From a virus, in IMG/VR virus record IMGVR_UViG_3300026382_000010, positions 1 to 64,000 of that record: a stretch of 64,000 nucleotides of DNA, one strand, 5' to 3'. Made by a program: the position numbers and the translations under genes. The notes below the pieces were generated by a model, which saw only the letters and a list, made by a program, of their open reading frames with translations, did not search any database and had not been told where the DNA came from. Below are positions 25,681-36,511 of this stretch, in pieces; within the stretch, counting starts at the first letter, position 1, and every line of letters starts with the position of its first letter.

Positions 25681-27837
25681 ATGGGATATAAACTAACTCA
25701 ACCTAGATGGATTAATCCAGGTGAACCAGTATTTGCAGATATTACTAATCGTCCAATTCAGGATTTATACCAAAATTTCTTAAATCACTTGACGTTCTTT
25801 TATGATCCAAGTGGAACTGACTATACTCGTTTTCCAAGCGCAGACGTTAATTTTACAATTCCTGAAAATACACTTTGTTTAGCAAACAATATTGATTCCG
25901 TTAATTATATTGAAGATGAAACTGGACAAGAAATTAAAAACGTTCAGTTTTACATTTATCAAGGAGGAGCATGGAATTTATTTAAGAGTCTCGATCTAAC
26001 TAAAATTCCTAAGAATACCTATTTTTGGAGCACTCAAAAGCTAAAATGTAATACGTTTTATATTGGTGGTTTTCAATCAAGAGCAAAACAAGAAGTTGTT
26101 CTTGCAAATATCATTGATTCAAATTCAGTACAAGTTTTACCAAATCATAAATGCGTAATTCCTACTCTCGAAACGCTAAAGGCTCAAATTCATGATATAA
26201 ATGTATCCTCAGGAACTCTCAAAGATTGTACGCTTACAAATGCATCTCTAGATAACTCATCAATAGCAAACTCAACAATTAATAATACTACACTTATCAA
26301 TTGTACTTTAGAAAATCCAGAGACAAATACCCTCTCTACCCAATCCTTAAATGTGGACTCTAATGCAAATTGTAAATCTCTTCATACCTCTACATTACAA
26401 GTAGATTCTAATGCTACAATTCAACTGGCATCTATTGAGAATGCAAATATTTCTCAAATTCAAGGAACTGAGTGTACTTACGATACTGGAACGTTTCGCG
26501 TTTTAAACGTTACTGAAACTTTTAATGGTCCTGCAATTACAACTGATAATATTTCCTCAGGCATTATTGCGGGAGAAACTCTTACTGCCGATTCCGCTGT
26601 AATTGATAGCTTAACTACTCAAACATTAACTGTTGAATCAAACGCAACTATTGCAAGCTTAAGTGGTACAAGTATTGAAGCTAAAAATTTAACTATTACA
26701 ACAAATGCTCAAATAGATACTATAAATTCAACAACAATTAATGCTAGTAACATACTTGCAAATACCCTTTCTACTCATTCGCTAAATGTAGATTTAAATG
26801 CGCAATTTGATGCAATAGATGCTACAGCTCTTGATGCAGATAACATAATAGCAAACATAGCAAGTATTCATTCATTAACTGTTGATTCAAACTCTCAGTT
26901 TAACGTAGTAAATACTACGTCACTTAATGCTAATAATGCATCCGTAAATACTCTTCATACTACCTCTTTAAAAGTGGACTCAAATTCTCAATTCAACGCG
27001 ATAAACTCTACTAAAATTGAAACCGGAAATATACTCGCAAATGCAATTAATATACATTCATTAAGTGTTGATTCAAATGCTACATTTAAATCCTTATCTG
27101 CGACAAATTTAAATGCGGATACTGTACATGTATCAAATGATATAGAAACAGATACACTAACTGTATCTACAAGTGCTTCAATTCAAGATGCAACTGTGGA
27201 TACTTTACAAGTTTCAACTAACGCGCAAATTAAACAGAGTTCAATTACTACATTAAGTGCTGCTAATGCTACAATCGATAATATAGATGCTACAGATATT
27301 GACACACAAACAATAACAGTTACAAATTTAAATGCATCAAGCTTCAACTATCCTAATTTTATAAACAATTTTAGTGCAATCTTTACTACGGATACAAATG
27401 GTAAAGTACTCTTAAATGTAGAATCTCCTCTTATTTATACAGATACCGGAATTAGTTTAGATTTAGCTGAAGTTGAAAAATATTTAGTTGCTGATGCTAC
27501 TCATACATTAGGAGACAAAGTTATACATGTTAAAGATGCTACAATTATTGTGGATTCTTCATCTGTAACTGAAATTACAGATACATCTTCAGGAACTGTT
27601 TATTATACTGCAACATATACCATTGATGCAAGTGTAACTGTAGACGGTTATGAACTTGTAAATTACATGCTAGAGCAAATTCTTGCAACAGGTTTAAATC
27701 AATTAGATGGGATCGTGATTAATAAAGATGTTGCAAAAAAGCAAATTCAAATTATTTTAACTTTACCTTCTATACCATCAAAACAACTTGCTTTAGGTTA
27801 TTCAATTTATGCAATTATGCGGCCTACGTTAACTTAG
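25681..27837 (+). CDS. Tail/head fibre-like protein with beta-helical repeats
   Basis: N-terminal WINPGEPV..ITNRPIQDL fibre-type motif; ~31-aa S/T/N-rich repeats containing SL.VDSN. Confidence 0.75.
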   Translation: MGYKLTQPRWINPGEPVFADITNRPIQDLYQNFLNHLTFFYDPSGTDYTRFPSADVNFTIPENTLCLANNIDSVNYIEDETGQEIKNVQFYIYQGGAWNLFKSLDLTKIPKNTYFWSTQKLKCNTFYIGGFQSRAKQEVVLANIIDSNSVQVLPNHKCVIPTLETLKAQIHDINVSSGTLKDCTLTNASLDNSSIANSTINNTTLINCTLENPETNTLSTQSLNVDSNANCKSLHTSTLQVDSNATIQLASIENANISQIQGTECTYDTGTFRVLNVTETFNGPAITTDNISSGIIAGETLTADSAVIDSLTTQTLTVESNATIASLSGTSIEAKNLTITTNAQIDTINSTTINASNILANTLSTHSLNVDLNAQFDAIDATALDADNIIANIASIHSLTVDSNSQFNVVNTTSLNANNASVNTLHTTSLKVDSNSQFNAINSTKIETGNILANAINIHSLSVDSNATFKSLSATNLNADTVHVSNDIETDTLTVSTSASIQDATVDTLQVSTNAQIKQSSITTLSAANATIDNIDATDIDTQTITVTNLNASSFNYPNFINNFSAIFTTDTNGKVLLNVESPLIYTDTGISLDLAEVEKYLVADATHTLGDKVIHVKDATIIVDSSSVTEITDTSSGTVYYTATYTIDASVTVDGYELVNYMLEQILATGLNQLDGIVINKDVAKKQIQIILTLPSIPSKQLALGYSIYAIMRPTLT

Positions 27838-29721
27838 CACTGATTTAACTAAAGACTTAAAGTAATTGAGAATTTCTTCTCTACGCATTTGTATTGTCTT
27901 TTCAGGAGTATCTACTTTGATGGTAATAATTTTAACTGGTTTGGTTTGTCCAATTCGATAAATTCTATCTACAGCCTGTTTTAAATAGATATCTCTAAAT
28001 GGTAAGTCAACGAGTATCACCGTATCTGCTTCCGTAATTGTAAATCCAACACCAAGTAGCGCATATGTAGTTACTAAAACTTTTGCATTTGACTTTACAA
28101 ATTCTTTGATTTTAGCAAGTCTATCTTTATCCTCACGAGAAATTACCATACATTTAAATCCACATGTTTTTTCTATAATCTGAGCAACTTGATTTAGAAT
28201 TTGCGCTGAATTTGTAAAGAAAATAGTTTTGATTGATTTTGCAATATATTTACAGTACTCGGTACATTTGGTTAAAACTACAAGCACTAAATTTCTTAAC
28301 GCTTCATTATAATGCTTATTTACAAGTTTGGTGAGTAATACTAAATCTGCAGCATAAGCAATTGTTATGTAATTTTTAAGTGTATCTCTAAATTTCGGAT
28401 CCTTTATTTCCTTTAAAATCTCAGTACGTAAATTTACAATTGCATTACGAATCTCCTTTGGAATTTTGTAGTAGGATTTATCTTGACATTTTAAAATAAG
28501 CATAAGCAGTTTTTCGAAACGTTTGTTATTGCGAAAATGTTTTTGATAGATTTCATAAAGTTTTTTAAGCGCTTCTTTTTGCAATTTACGATATTTTGGA
28601 AGTAATGCTTTAAATTCATCAATGATTGTCTGTCTAATTGCTTTTAAAAGAATTTTGGATTTTTTGAGAGTTTCTTCATCAAGTTTACAACGTAAAGTTA
28701 TTTCGTATTTTGGCGGCAGTTTGAGTACTTGTGTTTTAAGCTTTCTTACCATAAAAATCTTGAGTTTATTCTTGAGAATAAATGAAGTCAACTCGGAATT
28801 ATATTTGTAAATCTCAATAAATCTCTTGATAAATTCATCAGTCATAAATGGATCAAGTAGTTTTAAGTATGGAGCAAACTCAGTAAATTTTCCAGCAATA
28901 GGTGTACCTGACATCAAAAGAATCTCATGGATTTTATATTCTTCTTGTAACTGTGAAAGTAATGTAACACGTTTTGTATGTATGTTTCGAATATAATGAG
29001 ATTCATCAACAATTAGCATAGGGCTTTTTCTTAAAAACTTATGAACCTTGTTTAAACTCTCAAAATTTACAATTATGTATTTTGGATTCTCAACAATACT
29101 ATCTGGGATAACTGTAATCATATCAGAATTGACTTTCATATCAAATTTTAAAATTTCCTCTTTCCAATTTGGTTTTAATGAGTTCGGACATACTATTAAA
29201 ACTTGATGCGCATTAATAACTTTTGATAATGCTATTGCAGTTAGCGTTTTACCTAATCCTTGATCGAATGCTAAAATCATTCCGCGTAGATTTGTAACTT
29301 TACGAATGGTTACATATTTTTTGAGAGCTTCAAGTTGGTAAGGATATAACTTTGCATTTATTTCCTCAAGTTTTCCAAAATTTGCATTTACTGGAATATA
29401 ATCAATTTTTTTCAAGGTAGATAGGTAATAATTTTTTAATATAAGCTCAACTGTTTTAAAATGACTTTGTAAATCGCTTGGAAATGCAAATTGTTGTAGA
29501 AAATTAAAAAGAAACATTAAATCGAAATGAAATGCATTGGGATACACTAGAGTTTTTATAAGTTTTGGGAATTCAGTACGAGTCATAGTTTCGAGAAAGA
29601 AAACTACTGAGTCAAACTTTTGCTTAAGTACATTTTTGAATGTATTCAGATATCCATCAGGTAACCAATCCTGCAAAATTGAAAAATATCTATTTTTCAA
29701 TGAAACCTTTGGGGTTATCAT
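27829..29721 (-). CDS. SNF2-family helicase/ATPase
   Basis: DQGLGKT, IVCPNSL, IVDESH, MSGTP, QAVDRIYRIGQ. Confidence 0.92.
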   Translation of the reverse strand: MITPKVSLKNRYFSILQDWLPDGYLNTFKNVLKQKFDSVVFFLETMTRTEFPKLIKTLVYPNAFHFDLMFLFNFLQQFAFPSDLQSHFKTVELILKNYYLSTLKKIDYIPVNANFGKLEEINAKLYPYQLEALKKYVTIRKVTNLRGMILAFDQGLGKTLTAIALSKVINAHQVLIVCPNSLKPNWKEEILKFDMKVNSDMITVIPDSIVENPKYIIVNFESLNKVHKFLRKSPMLIVDESHYIRNIHTKRVTLLSQLQEEYKIHEILLMSGTPIAGKFTEFAPYLKLLDPFMTDEFIKRFIEIYKYNSELTSFILKNKLKIFMVRKLKTQVLKLPPKYEITLRCKLDEETLKKSKILLKAIRQTIIDEFKALLPKYRKLQKEALKKLYEIYQKHFRNNKRFEKLLMLILKCQDKSYYKIPKEIRNAIVNLRTEILKEIKDPKFRDTLKNYITIAYAADLVLLTKLVNKHYNEALRNLVLVVLTKCTEYCKYIAKSIKTIFFTNSAQILNQVAQIIEKTCGFKCMVISREDKDRLAKIKEFVKSNAKVLVTTYALLGVGFTITEADTVILVDLPFRDIYLKQAVDRIYRIGQTKPVKIITIKVDTPEKTIQMRREEILNYFKSLVKSVLS

Positions 29722-29773
29722 CTTATTTTACTCCTTTTGATTGATAATTAAATTCTTTTTGAGGCTTTAAAAA

Positions 29774-30016
29774 ATGCTTACAAATTATGGAGCTTTACAG
29801 TATTTCTATGGCAAAAATTTTGAAAAGACGTGTTTTTCAGGAATAGCATGTCCAATATGCGGCTGTCCTGATATAATATTTTTAGGTAGAGTTCCTTTAA
29901 TGGGATTTCGTTTTAAATGTCAGAAATGTAAAAACGAATTTGCAGTTAGACTTGCAATAATTCGTTCTGATAAAAAGCGTAGGTCTTTAAAAACTGACTA
30001 TAATGCTGAGGGGTAG
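29774..30016 (+). CDS. Zn-finger protein
   Basis: CPICGC...CQKC. Confidence 0.6.
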   Translation: MLTNYGALQYFYGKNFEKTCFSGIACPICGCPDIIFLGRVPLMGFRFKCQKCKNEFAVRLAIIRSDKKRRSLKTDYNAEG

Positions 30017-30024
30017 TAGATAAA

Positions 30025-31716
30025 ATGGTTAAGATAAAGATAGGAGATAACTTGGTATTATTTCGCGTTGGTCAGGATAAACCTTATTTATATTCAGTTA
30101 ACAACTCAATTTGGAAATATCCCGAGTTAATTCCAACAAATGCGGTTATTCATTCATACAATCATAACTTTGCAGGAATGTATGATTTTATGGCTTCTCC
30201 AATTTGTGGAATGTCGGATAGATGGTATACAACTGATAATCAAACCTGTTCTCAAACTACACTTGGCAACTGCAATTCTATTATTTATAAGGATTTTTTC
30301 AGCGGCTCTATTTGGGACAGGGTTAAAAGTTCTATAATACGTACTAATCAAACATTTACAGAATATAATGCTAGATATGAAACTTTCGATGCAGTTTCTA
30401 GCGGTGTTTTCTACCGCGGTCCAATATATGCTACGAAAAATGCTTATATTATGGTAGGATTGTATACAAATGGCGATGGGTATGTAGAAACTTACGATCG
30501 AGTAAGCAAACGGATACTCAAATGGCCTAAAATTTGGGATTTATCATGTAACGGTTATCAATCCTATTTTCTAAATAGCGAACTTACAACTACAACAAAT
30601 TATCTATTATGGTATGGAACTGCAACCGTTAGTGCCCAGTCGTATCAATATATAGGACATGAATATCATTTATGGGTTATAGTTGATGAAAACGGCAATC
30701 CACGCGGCATAACTCGTATTTACTACGATCAAATAAACGACAATCGTACAGAAACTGAGAATACATACGGTCTCGATTGGGGCACCGGATCTACTACCGC
30801 AAACAATATTGGTTACGGAATTATTGAAACTGATAGATACATTTACATATACGGATCGTTTTTAGTTAAACTTGGGGCATTTGGTGGTCTATCAATTATA
30901 GATAAACAAACTGAAAAAGTTTACGTTGTAAGATTTCCAATTGATTCAGAATATTTTAATCACGTAAGAGCGGTTGCAGGTACTGGAAACGGTGTAACTT
31001 GTACGCGCTTATTCTATGATGCTAATACAAATACACTTTACGCTCGTAATGTGTATCGTTACGGTAATCAACTTACAACTGATTACCATGTAATTAAACC
31101 AGTTTATGATGAAACAAATGACGTATTTACCGTACAATTTGAAATCGGCGAGGAAATCTACAAGTTACTTGATATCAATTTAAGTGAAAGTTACGCACTT
31201 GCTGCAAATAAATCCGGTACACTATTTTATGGACATGCATCAGCATACAGTTTATTTTTCCTTAGAAACGATTTTAATACAGGCAAAATTGAAGTGCAAC
31301 ATATCGAAGCGTTTGATTATGTACCCTACGCGATAAGTCGAATTGATGATGAAACTTTTATCGTAAACTGTCATGCAGTTTGTGATTGGCCAGATACTTA
31401 TAAATGCTACTTACTTAAACCGGGACTTGCTCATACTTTAGATATACACTTTCCAAATGTTACTTACACCTACGATGGTAATCCAATTGATACCTACGTC
31501 AAAGTTGCTGCAAAGGACTATGAAGGTAACTATGTTTCCGCTAAAATAAAATTAACCGTTCAAACAGGAGACGGTGCATTTATTGATTCAAATGGTAATG
31601 AAGTTTTAGAATATATTGTTACAACGGATTCAAACGGTCCTATTCAGGTTCCATTTAGAATTTTAGGGCCTGGAAAAGTTACAGTGCATGGAGATTATAT
31701 ACTAGACAATACATAA
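30025..31716 (+). CDS. Virion/receptor-binding-like protein with C-terminal Ig-like domain
   Basis: Y/G/T-rich beta protein; C-terminal ~90 aa homologous to 34900..36471. Confidence 0.6.
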   Translation: MVKIKIGDNLVLFRVGQDKPYLYSVNNSIWKYPELIPTNAVIHSYNHNFAGMYDFMASPICGMSDRWYTTDNQTCSQTTLGNCNSIIYKDFFSGSIWDRVKSSIIRTNQTFTEYNARYETFDAVSSGVFYRGPIYATKNAYIMVGLYTNGDGYVETYDRVSKRILKWPKIWDLSCNGYQSYFLNSELTTTTNYLLWYGTATVSAQSYQYIGHEYHLWVIVDENGNPRGITRIYYDQINDNRTETENTYGLDWGTGSTTANNIGYGIIETDRYIYIYGSFLVKLGAFGGLSIIDKQTEKVYVVRFPIDSEYFNHVRAVAGTGNGVTCTRLFYDANTNTLYARNVYRYGNQLTTDYHVIKPVYDETNDVFTVQFEIGEEIYKLLDINLSESYALAANKSGTLFYGHASAYSLFFLRNDFNTGKIEVQHIEAFDYVPYAISRIDDETFIVNCHAVCDWPDTYKCYLLKPGLAHTLDIHFPNVTYTYDGNPIDTYVKVAAKDYEGNYVSAKIKLTVQTGDGAFIDSNGNEVLEYIVTTDSNGPIQVPFRILGPGKVTVHGDYILDNT

Positions 31717-31729
31717 GTCTTTTTTCGTT

Positions 31730-32404
31730 ATGAGTTTATTAGAAACTAGAGTAAGTGTAACTGTAGTCTCCCTTGATTATCAGTCAAACATTGTTGATTA
31801 TAAATCAAAAAGCACGAACGTTTTCATTCAAAATGCTTCTCATGAAACGTCAAATATTTCTCTTGAGTATAAAGATGATATTGCAATTGCCTACGTAACA
31901 TCAAGACGTACTTATTATCTTGACTCAAATGCAACTGTAGGAGTTCAAGTGTTATCATATCCAAAACCAAATGTAGTAAATACTTCATATCAATTTTCAT
32001 CAAATGCTTTAACTCAACTCTTTTCTCTGGCTTATAATACTATAATCGATTCACGGGTATATCAAGATAAAACGGCAAGTGCCTTTGTATTCTATCCCTA
32101 TAGAATTTTTGAAGGAGATGATACATCAGCAATTGTTTATCATATAAAATGCGACTTGCTTAAAACTTTAATAGGGCTTTGTTTTCAAGGCTATTCATCT
32201 GAGTATTTAACAATCCTAGTGCCAATTACAAAGAATTTAAACTATAAGATTTCAGTTTGTACTTTTACAAAATATAACCGAGAATATATAGTTGATATAC
32301 AAGCGCTAATTTCCAAAGGATTTATTGTAGATCAAGTTTACGATGATTACAATAACCCATTTTATGTCAAAGTGATACCATATTTTGGAGTTCAAATTTC
32401 ATGA
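31730..32404 (+). CDS. Putative structural protein
   Basis: Beta-rich, in the fibre cluster. Confidence 0.5.
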   Translation: MSLLETRVSVTVVSLDYQSNIVDYKSKSTNVFIQNASHETSNISLEYKDDIAIAYVTSRRTYYLDSNATVGVQVLSYPKPNVVNTSYQFSSNALTQLFSLAYNTIIDSRVYQDKTASAFVFYPYRIFEGDDTSAIVYHIKCDLLKTLIGLCFQGYSSEYLTILVPITKNLNYKISVCTFTKYNREYIVDIQALISKGFIVDQVYDDYNNPFYVKVIPYFGVQIS

Positions 32405-34410
32405 TTAGAAAGCTATCATTTCTCTATAAAGATTCTAACGGATATGAACTTGTTTCGATAGAAAGTGAAAAGCAGTTTGCATATACATTTTTCGATTCTA
32501 ATGGTGAATACATTTTAAATCCCAATAAGACTTATATTGATACAAATAGTATTTCAGTAGAGTATCCCGATCGAATTACAGGTGACATTCAAGATGTAAC
32601 GACAAAATATACTACGCACTTTTCAGAAAATGTATCCATTTACATTCCAAAATCTGGTATTCTAGATAGATGTAATCACGAACTCGAAAATTTCGATTAT
32701 TTAGATAACTTAAGAGTATATGCACTCGATGTACAAGATTACGTAACATTTGAATTTGACTCAAATATTAAAATAGAAAACTTTATGTTTTACGTGCCTC
32801 CCTCATATTTTTCAACAAAATTACGAAAGCAGCTTTATAGCAGTCCATATACATTTATCTACAATAAAACATTAAAGCGCGTATTTTTTGGGGCGTATCG
32901 TCATTCAAATGTATTAATAACAACCCGTGATTTTGAGACAAATACTGAATACGAATTAGAAATACGCTCTACAGCAAACTATCCATATCGAATCAATGCG
33001 CATATTACGCGTCTATCTTATACTATGATTCCTAATATTTATGACACGGGTTATCAAATGTCTTACATTGGTCCTTGGATTCCTACATATGATTACCATG
33101 TTTTGTATACTACGGCCTATCAAGCAGGTTATATACCTGCAAAATTATGTGGAGTTACAACAGTTCCTCAGGAAGGTGTATGTCCTCCGCTTTCTACGCT
33201 TAGAAAGTATTTCTCATATCTACTGGTATACTTTTATGGAGAACTTTGGGGTACCTGGATAACCTATGGAATTCATTTTAATAATTATCAGTTACATTTG
33301 AATCCACGTGCAGGCTGGGCTTTCTATGATCCCGATGGTAATAAGTTAATTGGCGGCGGTACTTGTGGATATGATGATAACATTCGCGTGCAAATGGTTG
33401 TTGATGTATACAATGGAATTTTAGCGTTTAGAGTATGCGACGTTCATCGTCTTCATAATGCTTTAACTACTATGAGAGATACGTATACACTTGGAGCTCG
33501 TTTTAATCTAGATGACTTTAAAACATGGGATGGTTCCTTTTTTATTCTGCTAGATAGATCTTCATGTGTTTATGCATACGATGAAGCAATTTATTGGTTT
33601 TTATGGACTCCCGATATAAAACCAAAAGCGCGTTTTCGTGTAAATATAAAAACATGTAATATTCGAATTTATCCAAGTTTTATGATTTCAAACATACCGG
33701 ATTCTATCAGAGAATCCGGTTTAACTTATGATAACGGATCAAAAGTTTTTGATTCAAATTATAATCATCTAGGAAACATTGCTTACTCGTTTACGGACAC
33801 TGAAATTACTGCGTTTACTCACACGGATGTTGCATTAATAAAACCAGGTTCACTTTATACTGTAATTGTAGATTCAAGTTCAAGCTATACAATAAGTGCA
33901 GATTCTACGTCAATAACATGTCAAATTGATTCAAATACATATTCAATATCTTATTCAGAGAATTCACTGGTTAAATTTACATTTACGGGAAATAGCATAA
34001 CTATTTCGACATCAAATGATTCTATTGAAATTCCTGTAACGTATAGCAAAATTATCCGCACTGGTAAATTTATTTTATTTGCAAATTCCGATATTCCTCA
34101 GGAAGACTTAATACAAATTCAAGCATCTAGCTTATGGCACGAAATTCCGCATCCATTTATTCTCTACAATCTTGGAGTTTATAAGGATGCATGTGATAAA
34201 GGCAGTTATCAAAATTTTGAATTGGGCGATTATCTAGAATATGTAGTTGTTGAAAATAAAGACGTTTATATTTTAGCAGTTGCAAAAGTGTTTGGAGAAG
34301 AAAAAAATCGTATTATAGCAACCTATCGTAAACATAAGCCAGATTATAACGCATCTGTAGAACGTCCTCGTGAAACTTATCAAGTAAAACGTCTTGAAAT
34401 TGACGTTTAA
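32401..34410 (+). CDS. Putative structural/fibre-associated protein
   Basis: 669 aa, Tyr-rich beta, repeated DSN turns. Confidence 0.5.
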   Translation: MIRKLSFLYKDSNGYELVSIESEKQFAYTFFDSNGEYILNPNKTYIDTNSISVEYPDRITGDIQDVTTKYTTHFSENVSIYIPKSGILDRCNHELENFDYLDNLRVYALDVQDYVTFEFDSNIKIENFMFYVPPSYFSTKLRKQLYSSPYTFIYNKTLKRVFFGAYRHSNVLITTRDFETNTEYELEIRSTANYPYRINAHITRLSYTMIPNIYDTGYQMSYIGPWIPTYDYHVLYTTAYQAGYIPAKLCGVTTVPQEGVCPPLSTLRKYFSYLLVYFYGELWGTWITYGIHFNNYQLHLNPRAGWAFYDPDGNKLIGGGTCGYDDNIRVQMVVDVYNGILAFRVCDVHRLHNALTTMRDTYTLGARFNLDDFKTWDGSFFILLDRSSCVYAYDEAIYWFLWTPDIKPKARFRVNIKTCNIRIYPSFMISNIPDSIRESGLTYDNGSKVFDSNYNHLGNIAYSFTDTEITAFTHTDVALIKPGSLYTVIVDSSSSYTISADSTSITCQIDSNTYSISYSENSLVKFTFTGNSITISTSNDSIEIPVTYSKIIRTGKFILFANSDIPQEDLIQIQASSLWHEIPHPFILYNLGVYKDACDKGSYQNFELGDYLEYVVVENKDVYILAVAKVFGEEKNRIIATYRKHKPDYNASVERPRETYQVKRLEIDV

Positions 34411-34424
34411 TTGGAGTTACGAAA

Positions 34425-34853
34425 ATGAGTATAAATGCTTTAATTAAGGCTTTACAAACTAAGTTATCAGAACAGCTCGAAACGTTACAAACAACGTACT
34501 CGGATATTTCACTTATTGATCAGATTGCGCAATATATACAAAATACCTCCAATTTTAAAATTGATACAGAAGGTCCTTACGTGTATATTGATGGAGAATT
34601 AGTTGCTACAAATCTAATTGTAGACTTCGATAAATTCAAGTTATTTTTCCGAAACAAAATAAATCTTATTCTGGCTACTTTTTCAAATCCTATAGGACAG
34701 TATCTGGAAACCAATGTTTATTATGATGATGACTCGTATTCAGAGTTATATTTGGGTTCATTTCAGAATCTACAACTTATTAAAACTATGAATACCTTTT
34801 CTGAACTCCAAAAGAAAATAAATGCAATTAAATTACTACAAGCGAGCGAGTAA
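34425..34853 (+). CDS. Hypothetical protein
   Basis: 142 aa, GGAG RBS. Confidence 0.6.
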   Translation: MSINALIKALQTKLSEQLETLQTTYSDISLIDQIAQYIQNTSNFKIDTEGPYVYIDGELVATNLIVDFDKFKLFFRNKINLILATFSNPIGQYLETNVYYDDDSYSELYLGSFQNLQLIKTMNTFSELQKKINAIKLLQASE

Positions 34854-34891
34854 AAAAGGTTCCCGACCCTTTTATTGGGTCGGGAACCTTT
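34852..34891. terminator. Bidirectional terminator
   Basis: AAAGGTTCCCGACCC / GGGTCGGGAACCTTT between convergent genes. Confidence 0.9.
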
Positions 34892-34899
34892 ATGTCTCG

Positions 34900-36471
34900 T
34901 TATACTACAATTTTTCCATCAATTGATACTCTACCTGGGCCAGTTATTGTTAGAGATACACTAGTGTCATTATCAGTGTTAGTATTTACTGTAATTGAGG
35001 TTACTTTATTACCAGAAGAATCTATAAAGTATGCATTATCTGATAAAATTGTAAGTTCAACGGGTTTTGCAAGACGATTTCCTTCTCCATCCCAAACGTT
35101 TACGTAAATATTTGTATCAATAGGTGTACCTTCCCAAATGTATTGATTGTTTGCAAATCTAATTTCTAGAGTTGTAGGAATGTTTGGTGCAATTAAGTAA
35201 ATTTGCTTGTCATTTGTAAGAGCCCATATTCTTCCAAATTCATCGAATCCAAGTTCTTGTAAATCTGGGAAAGTTTGTTGTGTTACGTAAGTATAACCAG
35301 ATGTTGTAGGATTATATTGAAACTCATAATAACCGCCAGAAGATATAAAAAATAGTTTGTCTCCTTTTATTGACGGTAGCGCATACTCAAAGAATGAGCT
35401 ACCAATATCTGTAAAGTTAGTTACGCTTTCAATACTTAAACTTTTAGGATCTGTTGCATCTATACTCATTACGATTGCAAATGGAGCAATTTGCGGACGG
35501 GTAGTTGTTGAAGAGTCTGCAGTCAATAGAAGTTTTCCATCTGATGTAAATGCAGTTACTAAATTAAAACGGATATTTGTTGGGAGAGCTCCGCCCATTT
35601 CAGCAATAAAATTAGTTTTTGGATTTATGTTACAAGGCTCAATTTGTAGTTGTTGAGTTAGATGATCGTAAGTTACATAAAGAATTTCTATTCCGCAGTT
35701 TCCGGAATCAGAAATTGAAGGAACTGCAACATATGCTTCAAATCCGTTTTCGGTTTCCCTGAAGGCACCAGGTGATGTTTCCCAGTAATAACTTGATGTT
35801 GAGTTTACTGTATAAGTTTGTAATGTTATTGTATTTGTAGTATTTCCGGGAACTCTCTGATATGTTCCGAAACGTAAATTATACTCATTAAAACGTACAT
35901 GCCACATCCAAAAATATACTACTGAATCCTCTTGACATAGGTTTCTTAAAAATTGAACTTTTCCTAATGCACCTCCGTAACCTAAAAGTGTTAATTCGCC
36001 GCCTTTTATGTATTCGTAAACATGAGCATTTCCATTAATATCAACGGAAATAAAATAAATATGAGAATCAGTTATGTACGTTTCAGTAACGATCGTGCCA
36101 TACGGATCTGCTAAGTATTCATATGAATATCTAGTACCTTGACGAGAAATTCGAGTAATATATCCTGCAAGATGCCAGTAAACATTTGGATCCAAATTAT
36201 CCTGAATTAGAGAAAATTTATTTGTAAGATATTTTGCCTCATATTGATAATGGCAAGGATGTAAAGGATGTCTATCTCCTCCTAAGTGTACAGCAATTGC
36301 TGTTTGTAATTCAAATCCCCCAGCGGCCATTTTAAGATAACCTAAATACTGCTGAGTTAAAGGTAATTTATCTAAAACCATATTTTTAAGTACCATAATA
36401 TCTGGGCCTTCTAATACCTTTACACCTACATTAGTCTCATATCTATCGTAACCATTTACCACTGGAATCAT
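34900..36471 (-). CDS. Virion/receptor-binding-like protein (propeller-like + Ig-like), paralog of 30025..31716
   Basis: C-terminal TLEIRF...GTPIDT...DGEGN...GPGRV aligns with the 30025 ORF; AAGGAGG RBS. Confidence 0.6.
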   Translation of the reverse strand: MIPVVNGYDRYETNVGVKVLEGPDIMVLKNMVLDKLPLTQQYLGYLKMAAGGFELQTAIAVHLGGDRHPLHPCHYQYEAKYLTNKFSLIQDNLDPNVYWHLAGYITRISRQGTRYSYEYLADPYGTIVTETYITDSHIYFISVDINGNAHVYEYIKGGELTLLGYGGALGKVQFLRNLCQEDSVVYFWMWHVRFNEYNLRFGTYQRVPGNTTNTITLQTYTVNSTSSYYWETSPGAFRETENGFEAYVAVPSISDSGNCGIEILYVTYDHLTQQLQIEPCNINPKTNFIAEMGGALPTNIRFNLVTAFTSDGKLLLTADSSTTTRPQIAPFAIVMSIDATDPKSLSIESVTNFTDIGSSFFEYALPSIKGDKLFFISSGGYYEFQYNPTTSGYTYVTQQTFPDLQELGFDEFGRIWALTNDKQIYLIAPNIPTTLEIRFANNQYIWEGTPIDTNIYVNVWDGEGNRLAKPVELTILSDNAYFIDSSGNKVTSITVNTNTDNDTSVSLTITGPGRVSIDGKIVV

Positions 36472-36511
36472 TGAAGATAAGCCTCCTTTACATTAGTTTA
36501 TAACTACATCA

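Noticed and set aside
30025-36471. Invertible tail-fibre cassette
   Set aside because: Homology is protein-level only; no DNA inverted repeats or adjacent invertase seen.
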